From NCBI GenBank assembly GCA_037481835.1, contig JBBFKW010000001.1:75403-139402 (forward strand): DNA of 64,000 bases, read 5' to 3'. Below the pieces are notes generated by a model, which worked only from the letters and a program-made list of their open reading frames with translations, searched no databases and was not told the origin of the DNA. Position numbers and translations under genes: made by a program. Source of the DNA: Desulfosoma sp. Its GTDB lineage: Bacteria > Desulfobacterota > Syntrophobacteria > Syntrophobacterales > DSM-9756. Positions 44,789-53,760 of this stretch are shown here, in pieces (within the stretch, counting starts at the first letter, position 1; every line of letters begins with the position of its first letter).

Positions 44789-45835
44789 TTACTGGTTTGC
44801 GGGGGTGTAGCCGATGCCCACGAGGCCCATGCCCAGGTTGAGCCTCAGGCCGTAGACCATGGCCTGGAGGGTGCTCGTTTCCACGAAGATGACGTCCCGG
44901 TCCTGGACCGTCACCTGCTGGGCCTTGCCCTGCTGGATGTCCTTGAGGGCCAGTTTCACGACTTCCCGGGAACCGTCGTCCTGGTAGCGCACGAGCTTTA
45001 TGTCGCCCTCATCGGCCGTCTTGGCCAGGCCCCCCGCCTGGACGATGGCTTCCTGGACCGTCATTTCCTTCTTGATGGGATAGGCCCCGGGTTTTCGCAC
45101 CGCCCCGTCCACGTAGACCATGCCCGCCTCGGGAACGAAGATGACGTCGCCCGGGAGCACCGCCATGTTGAGTTCCGCCCGGCCTTCCTCGATGAGCTGT
45201 TCCAGGTCGATGAGGTACGTCTCGGGCCGGTCCCGGTCCTCCACCTTTCGGCGCAGTTGCACCATGCGGCCCGCCTTTTCCGAGAGGCCTCCGGCCAGGG
45301 CCAGCACATCCAGGAGGTTCTGTCGGGCCGGGTAGTCGTACGAGCCCGATTTTTGCACCGCTCCCAGGATGGTGATCTTCCCGCCGAACTGTTCCTTGAG
45401 GAAGATGGTCACGTGGGGATTTTGAAGGTACTTTTGCCGGTAGAGTTCTTCGATGTGGCGTTCGGCGTCCGAGGTGGTTCGCCCCGCCAGTTCCACCGGG
45501 CCGAGCAGGGGCAGAGTGGCGAAACCGCGGGCGCCGATGCGCGTTTCCGTGTTGAGTTCCGGGGCTTCGAAGATGGAGACGGTGATGAGGTCCCCCTGGT
45601 GGAGGACGTAGTCCTGGAATTCGGGAGCCCCCTGGACGGAGGCGAAAAGCTTGGCGTTGAGGTCGTCCACGGCGGCCTTTTTCGGGGCGGTCTTGGCCAC
45701 CACTTCATCCAGGGTCGCCGTGGGGGCGGGACCGGAGGAAGCCGCGCAGCCCAGGGCGGCGGCCAGGACGGCAGCCGCCCCCACGCGGAAAAGGCCCCGC
45801 ACGAGACCGAAAACCCTTCTCTGGACAAGCCTCAT
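44789..45835 (-). CDS. wza: Polysaccharide export lipoprotein (Wza/SLBB)
   Basis: Lipobox ALGC; YVLHQGDLITVSIF, LPLLG, SLBB repeats GAVQKSG / GAVRKPG. Confidence 0.88.
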   Translation of the reverse strand: MRLVQRRVFGLVRGLFRVGAAAVLAAALGCAASSGPAPTATLDEVVAKTAPKKAAVDDLNAKLFASVQGAPEFQDYVLHQGDLITVSIFEAPELNTETRIGARGFATLPLLGPVELAGRTTSDAERHIEELYRQKYLQNPHVTIFLKEQFGGKITILGAVQKSGSYDYPARQNLLDVLALAGGLSEKAGRMVQLRRKVEDRDRPETYLIDLEQLIEEGRAELNMAVLPGDVIFVPEAGMVYVDGAVRKPGAYPIKKEMTVQEAIVQAGGLAKTADEGDIKLVRYQDDGSREVVKLALKDIQQGKAQQVTVQDRDVIFVETSTLQAMVYGLRLNLGMGLVGIGYTPANQ

Positions 45836-45850
45836 GGCCGTTCGCCCATG

Positions 45851-46654
45851 CTACTGCAGCCCCGCCGGCGCCGCAGGGCTCACCGGCGCCGGAGGCACGA
45901 TGGGCGTGGGAGGTTTGGGCTTGGCCTCGGGAGGCACGGTTTCCTCGGGCGCCGTGGGGCCCGCCCCGCCTTCACCGTTATTCTGGGCCACCACGGCCGC
46001 GGTGGTGAGAGCCGCCGCCGCTCCCAAGCCCAGCGACAAGAGGCCCTTGGTGTGGGAATCTTCCACTTTTGCGCCGGCCGGAGCGCCTGCCCCGCCGGGG
46101 GCGCCCGCGGCGGGCGGGGTCACCTGGGCCTGGGCCAGCTGCAAGGCGTATCCCGGCCCGACCCGATGGGAGCCCCCGCCGGCCGAAACCCTCAGGGTCC
46201 CTTCATGGACGGCCAGGCGCGTTTCCTTGTCGGTCACGGTGAGGGTGCCCCGCACCACGCCCGGGGACGACGCCTGCGCAATGACCTCCTGCACTTCCAG
46301 CACATCGTGCGGGGTTCGGAAGGCCACGGGCTTGGCGTCCGAGCGCAGGGCGAAATCCAACCGGCCCGTTCGCAGCATCACGTCCCACCCTTCGGAGCGT
46401 TCCGCCACGGCGAAAACCGACTTGTCCCAGGCTCCGAACTGCACTCCCGGCATCTGGACGAAGCAGCGGCCTTCACACAGCACCACCTGGTCGCCGGAAA
46501 GGGGAAACGCCGATTGGATCCGGCGCACCTCCCGGCCGTTTTCCAGGAGGCTCACCGCCCCCTGGGGTTGGACCACCACGCCGGCGAAAGCCGCCGAAGA
46601 CAGGAGGCACAGCGCCGGCACCACCCACCCCATGCGCCTTATGGTCTTGATCAT
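45851..46654 (-). CDS. Exported hypothetical protein (FecR-like beta domain, Pro/Ala-rich tail)
   Basis: GGAGG RBS; signal peptide; FRTPH...TRLAVHEGTLRV...VGPG. Confidence 0.6.
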   Translation of the reverse strand: MIKTIRRMGWVVPALCLLSSAAFAGVVVQPQGAVSLLENGREVRRIQSAFPLSGDQVVLCEGRCFVQMPGVQFGAWDKSVFAVAERSEGWDVMLRTGRLDFALRSDAKPVAFRTPHDVLEVQEVIAQASSPGVVRGTLTVTDKETRLAVHEGTLRVSAGGGSHRVGPGYALQLAQAQVTPPAAGAPGGAGAPAGAKVEDSHTKGLLSLGLGAAAALTTAAVVAQNNGEGGAGPTAPEETVPPEAKPKPPTPIVPPAPVSPAAPAGLQ

Positions 46655-46787
46655 CTCGGCACCTCCCCGCTTTGCGTAAAAATCCCACTTAACTTCTCTT
46701 CTTTCTTTGGCCTTGACCGGGGGCCTGGCTTTTCGTATGTCCTAGACTCGTCGGGGCAGTCAAGAGAAAAGTGCGAGGTCCACAGCG

Positions 46788-48203
46788 ATGGCGGAACTGG
46801 CGGTTGCAGCCGCCGTGATTGCGACGGCCGTGTTTTCCTACGGCGGTTCCCACCCCGCCTACCAGGCCCCCGCCCTGGCGGGGCTCTTCGCCGGCTGGGG
46901 CCTCCTGCGCCTGGCGAACCGCGCCCGGCCCGTCATTTCTTCTGCGGCCTCCGCCCTCGTGGCGGCGGCGGCCCTGGCGGTGCCCTTGTTGTGGTGCGTC
47001 CCCGTGCCCATGAGCCTCCTGGATGCCTTGAGCCCCCGGCGGGCATGGTGGGTGCGGCAGGTGCACGAGACCGCCGAAGCGGCCGCCGCGTGGGGATCCC
47101 TGTCCCATGTGCCCTCGGAAACGGCGTTCCGGGCCGTCTCCGGTTTCGCCTATGCCTTTTTCGGCTTGTGGCTTTTCCGCCTCTTTTCCGCATCGGCCCT
47201 TTCGAGAAAGCGGTTCGTGGGGTTTCTGTTCCTCCTGGGATCCCTCCAGGCGCTTTACGGCCTCTACCAGGTGCTCGCCCCCCTGCAGGGAACCTCCCGG
47301 CCGGTTTTGGGCATGGCCCACGGGAGCTTCATCAACCGAAACCATTACGCCGCCTTCCTGGGCATGGTCTGGCCCGTGCTCGCCGCGTTCACGGCGGCCG
47401 GGTTCCGGGAGCCCCAAGCGCCGGGCGGGCTCACGGCCCGGGAAGGCCGCTGGGAACGGCGGCACAAGACCCTCCTGGGCCTTTTCGCCACCGGGTTCGT
47501 GCTCCTGGCCTTGGTCTTTTCCCGATCCCGGGGCGGGATCGTCTCCGCCGCGGCCGCCGCCACCGTTTTGGTCCTTTCGGCGGGGTCCCGGAAGAAAACC
47601 GTGACGGCGGCCGTTGCGGCCTGCTGGCTCGTGCTCCTTTCCTACGGGGCCATGATCGGGTTCGACGAGATCCTGGCCCGTTTCGACCGGCTGGAAAACG
47701 ACGCCCCCGGCCGTTTCCGGCTCTGGGAGGACACGTGGCGGATGCTCCGGGATCATCCCTGGACGGGTGTGGGACCCGGAGCCTTCCAGGAAGCTCACAA
47801 GGTCTACCAGGACCACCTGCTCGAACCCCAGTTCGCCGGCCATGCCCACAACGACTACCTGGAATGGACGGCCGAATGGGGATGGCCCGCCGGCCTGGCC
47901 GGGATCGGCGCCCTGTGGGGCCTGTGGATTTACGGGCTCCTTCGGGTCGTGCGGGCTCGGCGCCGATCCCCGGCGGCGGAGACGAGCCTGGCCGCCGGAG
48001 CCCTGGCGGGGACGGCGGCCTTGATGCTGCACGCCTGGGTGGATTTTCCCTTCCGCATGGGCGCCAATGCCTTGGTTTTCTGGGCTTTGGCGGCCCTGGC
48101 CGCCGCGGAAATCCGCACCATGGGCGCTCCCGAGCCGGCCCATGTTTCCCATGTTCGGCCCTCACGGGGCCGCGCTATGAACCTTCACCCTGACACGCGA
48201 TAG
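46788..48203 (+). CDS. O-antigen ligase family protein
   Basis: GSFINRNHYA, SRSRGG, GVGPGAF, HAHNDYLE, HAWVDFP. Confidence 0.9.
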   Translation: MAELAVAAAVIATAVFSYGGSHPAYQAPALAGLFAGWGLLRLANRARPVISSAASALVAAAALAVPLLWCVPVPMSLLDALSPRRAWWVRQVHETAEAAAAWGSLSHVPSETAFRAVSGFAYAFFGLWLFRLFSASALSRKRFVGFLFLLGSLQALYGLYQVLAPLQGTSRPVLGMAHGSFINRNHYAAFLGMVWPVLAAFTAAGFREPQAPGGLTAREGRWERRHKTLLGLFATGFVLLALVFSRSRGGIVSAAAAATVLVLSAGSRKKTVTAAVAACWLVLLSYGAMIGFDEILARFDRLENDAPGRFRLWEDTWRMLRDHPWTGVGPGAFQEAHKVYQDHLLEPQFAGHAHNDYLEWTAEWGWPAGLAGIGALWGLWIYGLLRVVRARRRSPAAETSLAAGALAGTAALMLHAWVDFPFRMGANALVFWALAALAAAEIRTMGAPEPAHVSHVRPSRGRAMNLHPDTR

Positions 48204-48213
48204 GACGGAAGTC

Positions 48214-50592
48214 ATGCAGCCCAACGATTCCCAAACCCCTTTCACCCCCGACGCCGCCGCCGTGCCGGCCCCCGCTTCGCCCAGGGCGTCCCTGCCTTCC
48301 ACGGAATTCCGCGAGGCCGTCCCCGAATGGGAAGACACCGTGGATCTTCGCGACTACATGGAAATCCTCCTGCGCCGCAAATGGACGGTGATCTCGGTGC
48401 TCATGGTCGTCTTCGCCACCACCCTGGTGGTGAGCTTCACCATGACCCCCGTCTTCAAGGCCCAAGCGCGGCTGGAAGTGAGCCCCAAGGAGACCACGGT
48501 GACCAAGTTCGAAGACGTGGTGGCCAGCCAGCTGCAAACCCGCGAATTCATGCAAACTCAGGTGAAACTCCTCCAAAGCGAATCCCTCGCCCAGCGCGTC
48601 ATCGACAAGCTGCAGCTCCAGCAGCACCCGGATTTCAACCCCAAGGCGGCCCCGATCCAGGACGAGGGTGTGGTGAGCACCCTGCGGGCCCGCCTTCGCG
48701 ACGCCGTGCGTTCCCTCCTGCCCGGCGGGCCGCAGGAGCGCGACGAGGAACGGGAGAGCCTGGAGATCGAAAAGGCCGTGCTGGCTGTCTTCGCCGAAAA
48801 CCTCAGCATCACCCCCCAGCGGGACAGCACCGTCATCGATGTGGCCTTTTCCAGTCCGGATCCGAGAGCGGCCCGGGACGTGGTCAACGGGCTGGTCAGT
48901 GAATTCGTGAGCTGGCAGATGGACAAGAAGCTGGCGGCGTCCAAGACGGCCAAGCAGCAGTTGGAAAAGCAGCTGGAAGTGGCCCGCATCCAGCTGGAAA
49001 AAGCCGAGGAAAACCTCCAGGAGTTCGCCCGGAAGGCGGGCATCGTCTCCTTGGATTCCCGCCTGAACCTGGTGTACCGCCAGCTGGAAGAGACCAACGC
49101 GGCGCTGGCGGCCGCGGAATCGGAACGCCTGGCCCAGGAGGCCGTCTACCGGCAGGCGGCGTCCGCCCCGGCGGATTCGCTCCCGGCCGTCATCGACAAC
49201 AAGGTCGTCCAGGAACTGCGCAAACAGTACGTGGACTACCAGGCCCAGTACGAGGAACTCAAGGCGACCTTCAAGGACGATTATCCCCGGGTGAAGGTCC
49301 TGTCCGCCAAGATGGAGGAAGTGCGCCAGAAGATCGCCGCCGAACAGGAGCGCATCGTCCGTTCCCTGGAAAACGCCTATTTGGCCGCTTTGAAGAAGGA
49401 GGAATCCCTGAGGCAGGCCGCCGAAGAAAAGAAGGCCCAAGCCATGGCTTTGAACGAAAAGGCGGCCCAGTACAAGATCCTGCAGCGGGAAGTGGAGACG
49501 AACAAGCAGATCTTCCAGAGTCTCCTGGAACGGAGCAAGGAAATCGACGCCAAGGCGGGTTCGGAAATCAGCAACATCCAGGTGGTGGACTACGCCTCCC
49601 TGCCCTTGAGTCCCTATAAACCCAACGTGCGGTTGAACCTGCTGCTCGCCCTCGTAATGGGCCTCATGGGGGGCGTGGGCCTGGCCTTCTTCCTGGAATA
49701 CCTGGACAACACCGTCAAGCGCATCGATGAAATCGCCGATCGGTTCCGCATCCCCGTGCTCGGGGTCGTGCCCAACGTCCAGCCCGCCGACGGGGCCCGC
49801 CTGGACTTTCTCGTCCGGGACGATCCGCGCTCGGGCTTTTCCGAATCCATCCGCACCGCCAAGGTGTCCCTCCAGCTTTCCGCCGCGGGGGACCTGCCCT
49901 TGAAGAGCCTCGTCATCACGAGCACAGCGGCGGAAGAAGGAAAGACCACGGTGGCCTGCAACCTGGCCCAGGCCTTCGCTTCCGACGAAAAGGTGCTCCT
50001 GCTGGACGCCGACCTGAGGCGGCCCCGGCTGCACAAGGTTTTCGGGATGAACGGCGACGCCAAGGGCCTGAGCCAGTATCTCAGCGGGTTGTGCGACGTC
50101 AAGGACATCGTGAAAAAGACCCCTCTGCCCAACCTCTATTTCATCCCCGCCGGCCCCATCCCACCCAACCCCGCGGAAATTCTCGCCTCCAGCCGCATGC
50201 GCAAGCTCCTGGAAGCCGTGGGGCGCCATTTCGACCGCATCGTCATCGATTCCCCGCCCTTCGGGGGCTTTGCGGACGTGCTCGTGCTGAGCAACCAGGC
50301 GGACGGGGTGGTCCTTTTGAGCACCCTGGGGAACACGCACCGGGAGGCGCTGCGCATCTTCCGAAAAAGCCTGCTCAACGTGCGCGCCAATCTCCTGGGC
50401 ACCATCGTCAACCGCCTGGACCTGGCTTATCACTACGGCTACTACTCCAGGTACTACAGGTACTACCACTACGCTTACCACTACGGGCATGGGCGCAACG
50501 GGGATGAAGCCGCCCTGGAGGACGCCCGCCAAGGCCGTTCCCCCGACGGCGAGGCGCCTTTCAAGGATGAAAGAGGGCGGACAGAGGGATGA
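48214..50592 (+). CDS. wzc: Polysaccharide co-polymerase / BY-kinase (Wzc/GumC)
   Basis: DLRDY..IL.RRKW, coiled coil, EGKTT, DADLRRP, IDSPP, C-terminal Tyr cluster YHYGYYSRYYRYYHYAYHY. Confidence 0.95.
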   Translation: MQPNDSQTPFTPDAAAVPAPASPRASLPSTEFREAVPEWEDTVDLRDYMEILLRRKWTVISVLMVVFATTLVVSFTMTPVFKAQARLEVSPKETTVTKFEDVVASQLQTREFMQTQVKLLQSESLAQRVIDKLQLQQHPDFNPKAAPIQDEGVVSTLRARLRDAVRSLLPGGPQERDEERESLEIEKAVLAVFAENLSITPQRDSTVIDVAFSSPDPRAARDVVNGLVSEFVSWQMDKKLAASKTAKQQLEKQLEVARIQLEKAEENLQEFARKAGIVSLDSRLNLVYRQLEETNAALAAAESERLAQEAVYRQAASAPADSLPAVIDNKVVQELRKQYVDYQAQYEELKATFKDDYPRVKVLSAKMEEVRQKIAAEQERIVRSLENAYLAALKKEESLRQAAEEKKAQAMALNEKAAQYKILQREVETNKQIFQSLLERSKEIDAKAGSEISNIQVVDYASLPLSPYKPNVRLNLLLALVMGLMGGVGLAFFLEYLDNTVKRIDEIADRFRIPVLGVVPNVQPADGARLDFLVRDDPRSGFSESIRTAKVSLQLSAAGDLPLKSLVITSTAAEEGKTTVACNLAQAFASDEKVLLLDADLRRPRLHKVFGMNGDAKGLSQYLSGLCDVKDIVKKTPLPNLYFIPAGPIPPNPAEILASSRMRKLLEAVGRHFDRIVIDSPPFGGFADVLVLSNQADGVVLLSTLGNTHREALRIFRKSLLNVRANLLGTIVNRLDLAYHYGYYSRYYRYYHYAYHYGHGRNGDEAALEDARQGRSPDGEAPFKDERGRTEG

Positions 50593-51779
50593 TTCGACGA
50601 GCGGGCGCCGCGCTGCCGGCTCTGGGGCTTGCCGTGCTGCTGGCTTTCTACGCCCCCGCGCGCTACCACGTGGGGCTCCTGGACGAGGATTTCGTCCAAC
50701 GGCACCCGGCGTCACAATGGTTCCCCTTGGGAAGCCTGCTGGAAGGGCACCGCCGCTTCTTCCGCGATCTCGATCCCGGCGGGGCCGCCCGATCCTACCG
50801 CAGGGCCCTGGCGCAGCAGGCCACGCTCGTGCCCGCATGGTTGGGGCTCGTCCGGGCCGAAGAGTACCTGGGAAGGACGGAAGAAGCCCGCCGGATGCTC
50901 CGTTTCCTCTCGTCGGCCCTGGCTTCCGTGAGCAGCTGGAAATGGGAGGAGCTCCTCCTGGCCTACGAATTGAAAGAGGAAGGCGCTTTTCAGGCGGCTT
51001 TCAATTTCATCCTGGAACGGCTCCCCCCGCGGGTCCCCGATGCGTGCTACACGGCCCAAGCGTTCTGGGGCGGCTGGGAGTTCCTCGCCGACCATACGGA
51101 TGCGGCCAATCGGCCGGTCCTGCTGGCGGAACTCATCCGGAGCCGCCGGTTGGATGCCGCTCTGGATGTGTGGGACCGGGCGGTGCGGGACGGCCGGGAG
51201 CCGGACGAGCGGCTCACCTTTCGCCTGGTGGACGCCCTCCTCCGGGACGGGCGGGTGGGTGAGGCCAAAACCCTATGGAAACGCCACGTGGGACACGACC
51301 ACCCCTTGGTGCACAACGGGGGGTTCGAGCGGGCCCCCGCCGAGGCGGCCTTCGGATGGCGCATCGCCCCCAACGGGGCCGTTCGCGTGGAACGCACCTT
51401 CACGGAAGCCTTTGAAGGACGCTACAGCCTCCACGTGCGTTTTACCGGAACCGCCAACGTGAACTTCCACCACGTGCGCCAGACGGTTCCGGTGGATCCC
51501 GGCGGGGAATACCGGCTGCGTTTCGCGAGGAAATCGCGGAACCTTTCCACGGACAAAGGCGTCTACCTGGAAGTTACGGGATTCGGCTGTTCGGGGCTTC
51601 GGGCGGCGTCGGAGCCCGTTTTGGGCACGCACCCCTGGGAATGGGACACCGTTTCGTTTCGCGTTCCCGAAAGCTGCCAAGCCGTGGAAATCCGCCTGCG
51701 CCGGCAGGAAAGCCTCAAGTTCGACAGCAAGATCGTGGGGGATTATTGGCTGGACGCCGTCAGTGTGGAACGGTCATGA
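50589..51779 (+). CDS. TPR-like protein with C-terminal carbohydrate-binding (CBM4/9-like) domain
   Basis: Helical repeats, then LVHNGGFE...FGW...EGRYSL...WLDAVSV; ATGA-coupled to wzc. Confidence 0.75.
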   Translation: MIRRAGAALPALGLAVLLAFYAPARYHVGLLDEDFVQRHPASQWFPLGSLLEGHRRFFRDLDPGGAARSYRRALAQQATLVPAWLGLVRAEEYLGRTEEARRMLRFLSSALASVSSWKWEELLLAYELKEEGAFQAAFNFILERLPPRVPDACYTAQAFWGGWEFLADHTDAANRPVLLAELIRSRRLDAALDVWDRAVRDGREPDERLTFRLVDALLRDGRVGEAKTLWKRHVGHDHPLVHNGGFERAPAEAAFGWRIAPNGAVRVERTFTEAFEGRYSLHVRFTGTANVNFHHVRQTVPVDPGGEYRLRFARKSRNLSTDKGVYLEVTGFGCSGLRAASEPVLGTHPWEWDTVSFRVPESCQAVEIRLRRQESLKFDSKIVGDYWLDAVSVERS

Positions 51780-53383
51780 AGGACCCCAAGCCCGACCGCG
51801 ATTTTCCGGATCTGGACCGCTTGATCGAGCTGACCGCGCGCACGCGCTCCCTGGACGCCCTGGCCCTGAAGATCGCCGCGGACGCGCGGCTTCTGCGGCA
51901 GCTGCGCCTCGCCCAAGGCCTCCTGGAGCGGCGCCGCCCGGATGAGGAAGCCCGCCTGAACGCCGCATGCCAAAAGTACGGCCTGGCCGTCTCCCGCTTC
52001 GACCACCGCGTCTTGTACCTCGCCCATGTGCTGGGGGTGAGCCCGTGCCGGGACGACCCCTACGCGGTGCTCGGCCTCTCCAGGAACGCCTCCGCCCAGG
52101 AGATCAAGCGGGCTTTCCGAACGCTCAGCCTGGAATGGCATCCCGACCGGAACCCCGGCCGGGTCGAAGAGGCGGCGGCCATGTTCCGGAAGATCCGGGA
52201 GGCGTACGCGGTTTTGAGCGACCCGGCGCTTCGCCGCCGCCTTTCGGCACCCCCGCCGTCCATCGCCCCCGTTCCCCCATGCGACGACGTAGGGGAAGAC
52301 GAGCCTTCCGGGTTCGGGCGTGCTGGATCGCGGCGGTTTGCAGGGCAGCTGGCGGCTCTCGTGGCGATCCTGCTCGGCGTCACCTTTTTGGCCGATTTCC
52401 AGAACTGGCTCACCCCCCGCCGGTACCCGGCCAAGACATCCCAAGGCCAGACGGCTTCGGTCGTTGCGGAAGACCCCAAGGCCGTCTCCCCGCCTCCGCC
52501 CTCCGCAGCTCCCCAGGCCACCAGCCCGGAAGCGCCCCGCCCCCACGAAGCGATGCACGAAGCCCCTGCTTTACCATCCGCCGCCCCGGCCCCCTCAGGG
52601 CCTCCCCTTGTCCGGGCGGGCGGGGCGCCTCCTGCGGAAGGGCCGACTCGCCCTCAAGCCGCGCCGGCGACGGATCCGGGCCCGGCTCGAAAGGAACCGC
52701 AGCCCCGGCTTCGGCCGGCATCCAGGGCCGTCTCGGCCGGAGGCAAGGAAGGCCGTGCCGAACGCCCTTCCCCGGTCCAAACCCGGAACACGGGCGACGC
52801 CTCCTCAGGGGCCGGGCCTTATGCCGCCGCGGTGCGTCCAAGGAACGCCGGGGACCCCGCGTCCGCCGGCGGGGCGGCTCCGGCGCTCCCTCGCGCTTGC
52901 CCGGTCGAGACCGCCGTCGCCCCAAATTCCCCGCCCGCCAAGGCCTCGCCCTCCAGCTCCCAGCGAAAATCCCCATCGGCCGGCGGCGCGGTCGCCACGG
53001 TTTCGGCGGCGTCTTTGGAGGAACGGATCCGGGGCTTCATCGACCGCTACTGCCGCACTTACGCCCAAAAGGACCTGGACGGTTTTCTGCGGCTCTTTTC
53101 TTCGGACGCCCTGGAAAACGGCACGCCCGTCCAATCCCTTCGGCCCACGTACGAAGCCACCTTTTCCCGGGTCACGGACCTGGCCTACCGCATCGACGTG
53201 GACCGGTGGGTTTGGTCGCAAGGGGGCGTGACGGTCTACGGCCGGTTCCATATCCAGGTCCGGTTCCAGGATCGGCACGGGGCCCATTCGCGGGGGACGG
53301 TGACGCTGGGGTTGGAGCCGGAGGGGGAATCCTTCCGGGTGAGGTCGTTGCAATACGCGTTTGTGAACGCTGAAACGTTCTGA
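51776..53383 (+). CDS. J-domain membrane protein with Pro/Ala linker and C-terminal NTF2/SnoaL-like domain
   Basis: DPYAVLGL...EIKRAFR...WHPDRN...IREAYAVLSDP; one TM segment; YAQKDLDGFLRLFS. Confidence 0.8.
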   Translation: MKDPKPDRDFPDLDRLIELTARTRSLDALALKIAADARLLRQLRLAQGLLERRRPDEEARLNAACQKYGLAVSRFDHRVLYLAHVLGVSPCRDDPYAVLGLSRNASAQEIKRAFRTLSLEWHPDRNPGRVEEAAAMFRKIREAYAVLSDPALRRRLSAPPPSIAPVPPCDDVGEDEPSGFGRAGSRRFAGQLAALVAILLGVTFLADFQNWLTPRRYPAKTSQGQTASVVAEDPKAVSPPPPSAAPQATSPEAPRPHEAMHEAPALPSAAPAPSGPPLVRAGGAPPAEGPTRPQAAPATDPGPARKEPQPRLRPASRAVSAGGKEGRAERPSPVQTRNTGDASSGAGPYAAAVRPRNAGDPASAGGAAPALPRACPVETAVAPNSPPAKASPSSSQRKSPSAGGAVATVSAASLEERIRGFIDRYCRTYAQKDLDGFLRLFSSDALENGTPVQSLRPTYEATFSRVTDLAYRIDVDRWVWSQGGVTVYGRFHIQVRFQDRHGAHSRGTVTLGLEPEGESFRVRSLQYAFVNAETF

Positions 53384-53480
53384 CGGGGCGTCGGGCGTTG
53401 GGCGTTGCCGCGGTTCGGGCTTGGGGCGGGTGTGAGGCCTTCGCTTTTTGCGCGTGCCTCTTGGGCATTGGGCTATTGCG

Positions 53481-53580
53481 GCCCCGCTCCGAAGGGGCGT
53501 AGCATCCCAGCCCAGGGCATCGGCCTGGGATCCGTAAGCCGCCCCTCTCTTCGCATCAGCCCAGAACGGGCGAAACAATC
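53481..53580. repeat. REP-like palindromic element
   Basis: Hairpins gcccc..gaaggggc, cccagg-gcatcgg-cctggg and gccc-agaac-gggc, an arrangement resembling repeats near IS200/RAYT-type transposases. Confidence 0.5.
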
Positions 53581-53642
53581 GTCTCGCGGCCCAGGACCCG
53601 GTTCCTCCCGCGGCGGTGATCCCCGTAAGCGGCCTTGTTCAA

Positions 53643-53674
53643 TGTTGGGGTTCGCTACGCTCACCCCAACCTAC
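53643..53674 (-). repeat. GTAG-type REP-like palindrome, copy 2
   Basis: tgttggggttcgctacgctcaccccaacctac, matches 11325-11356. Confidence 0.75.
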
Positions 53675-53760
53675 AGGGAACAGGGAATAGAAATATGGCG
53701 GGGGGCGAAGGGGTGCTCCCGACCCCGCCGGATCGGCGGGGTCGGGAGCGTACCCAGGGA

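Noticed and set aside
53695..53730. tRNA-3'-end-like sequence (possible att site)
   Set aside because: Only a loose resemblance; no T-loop consensus and no integrase nearby.
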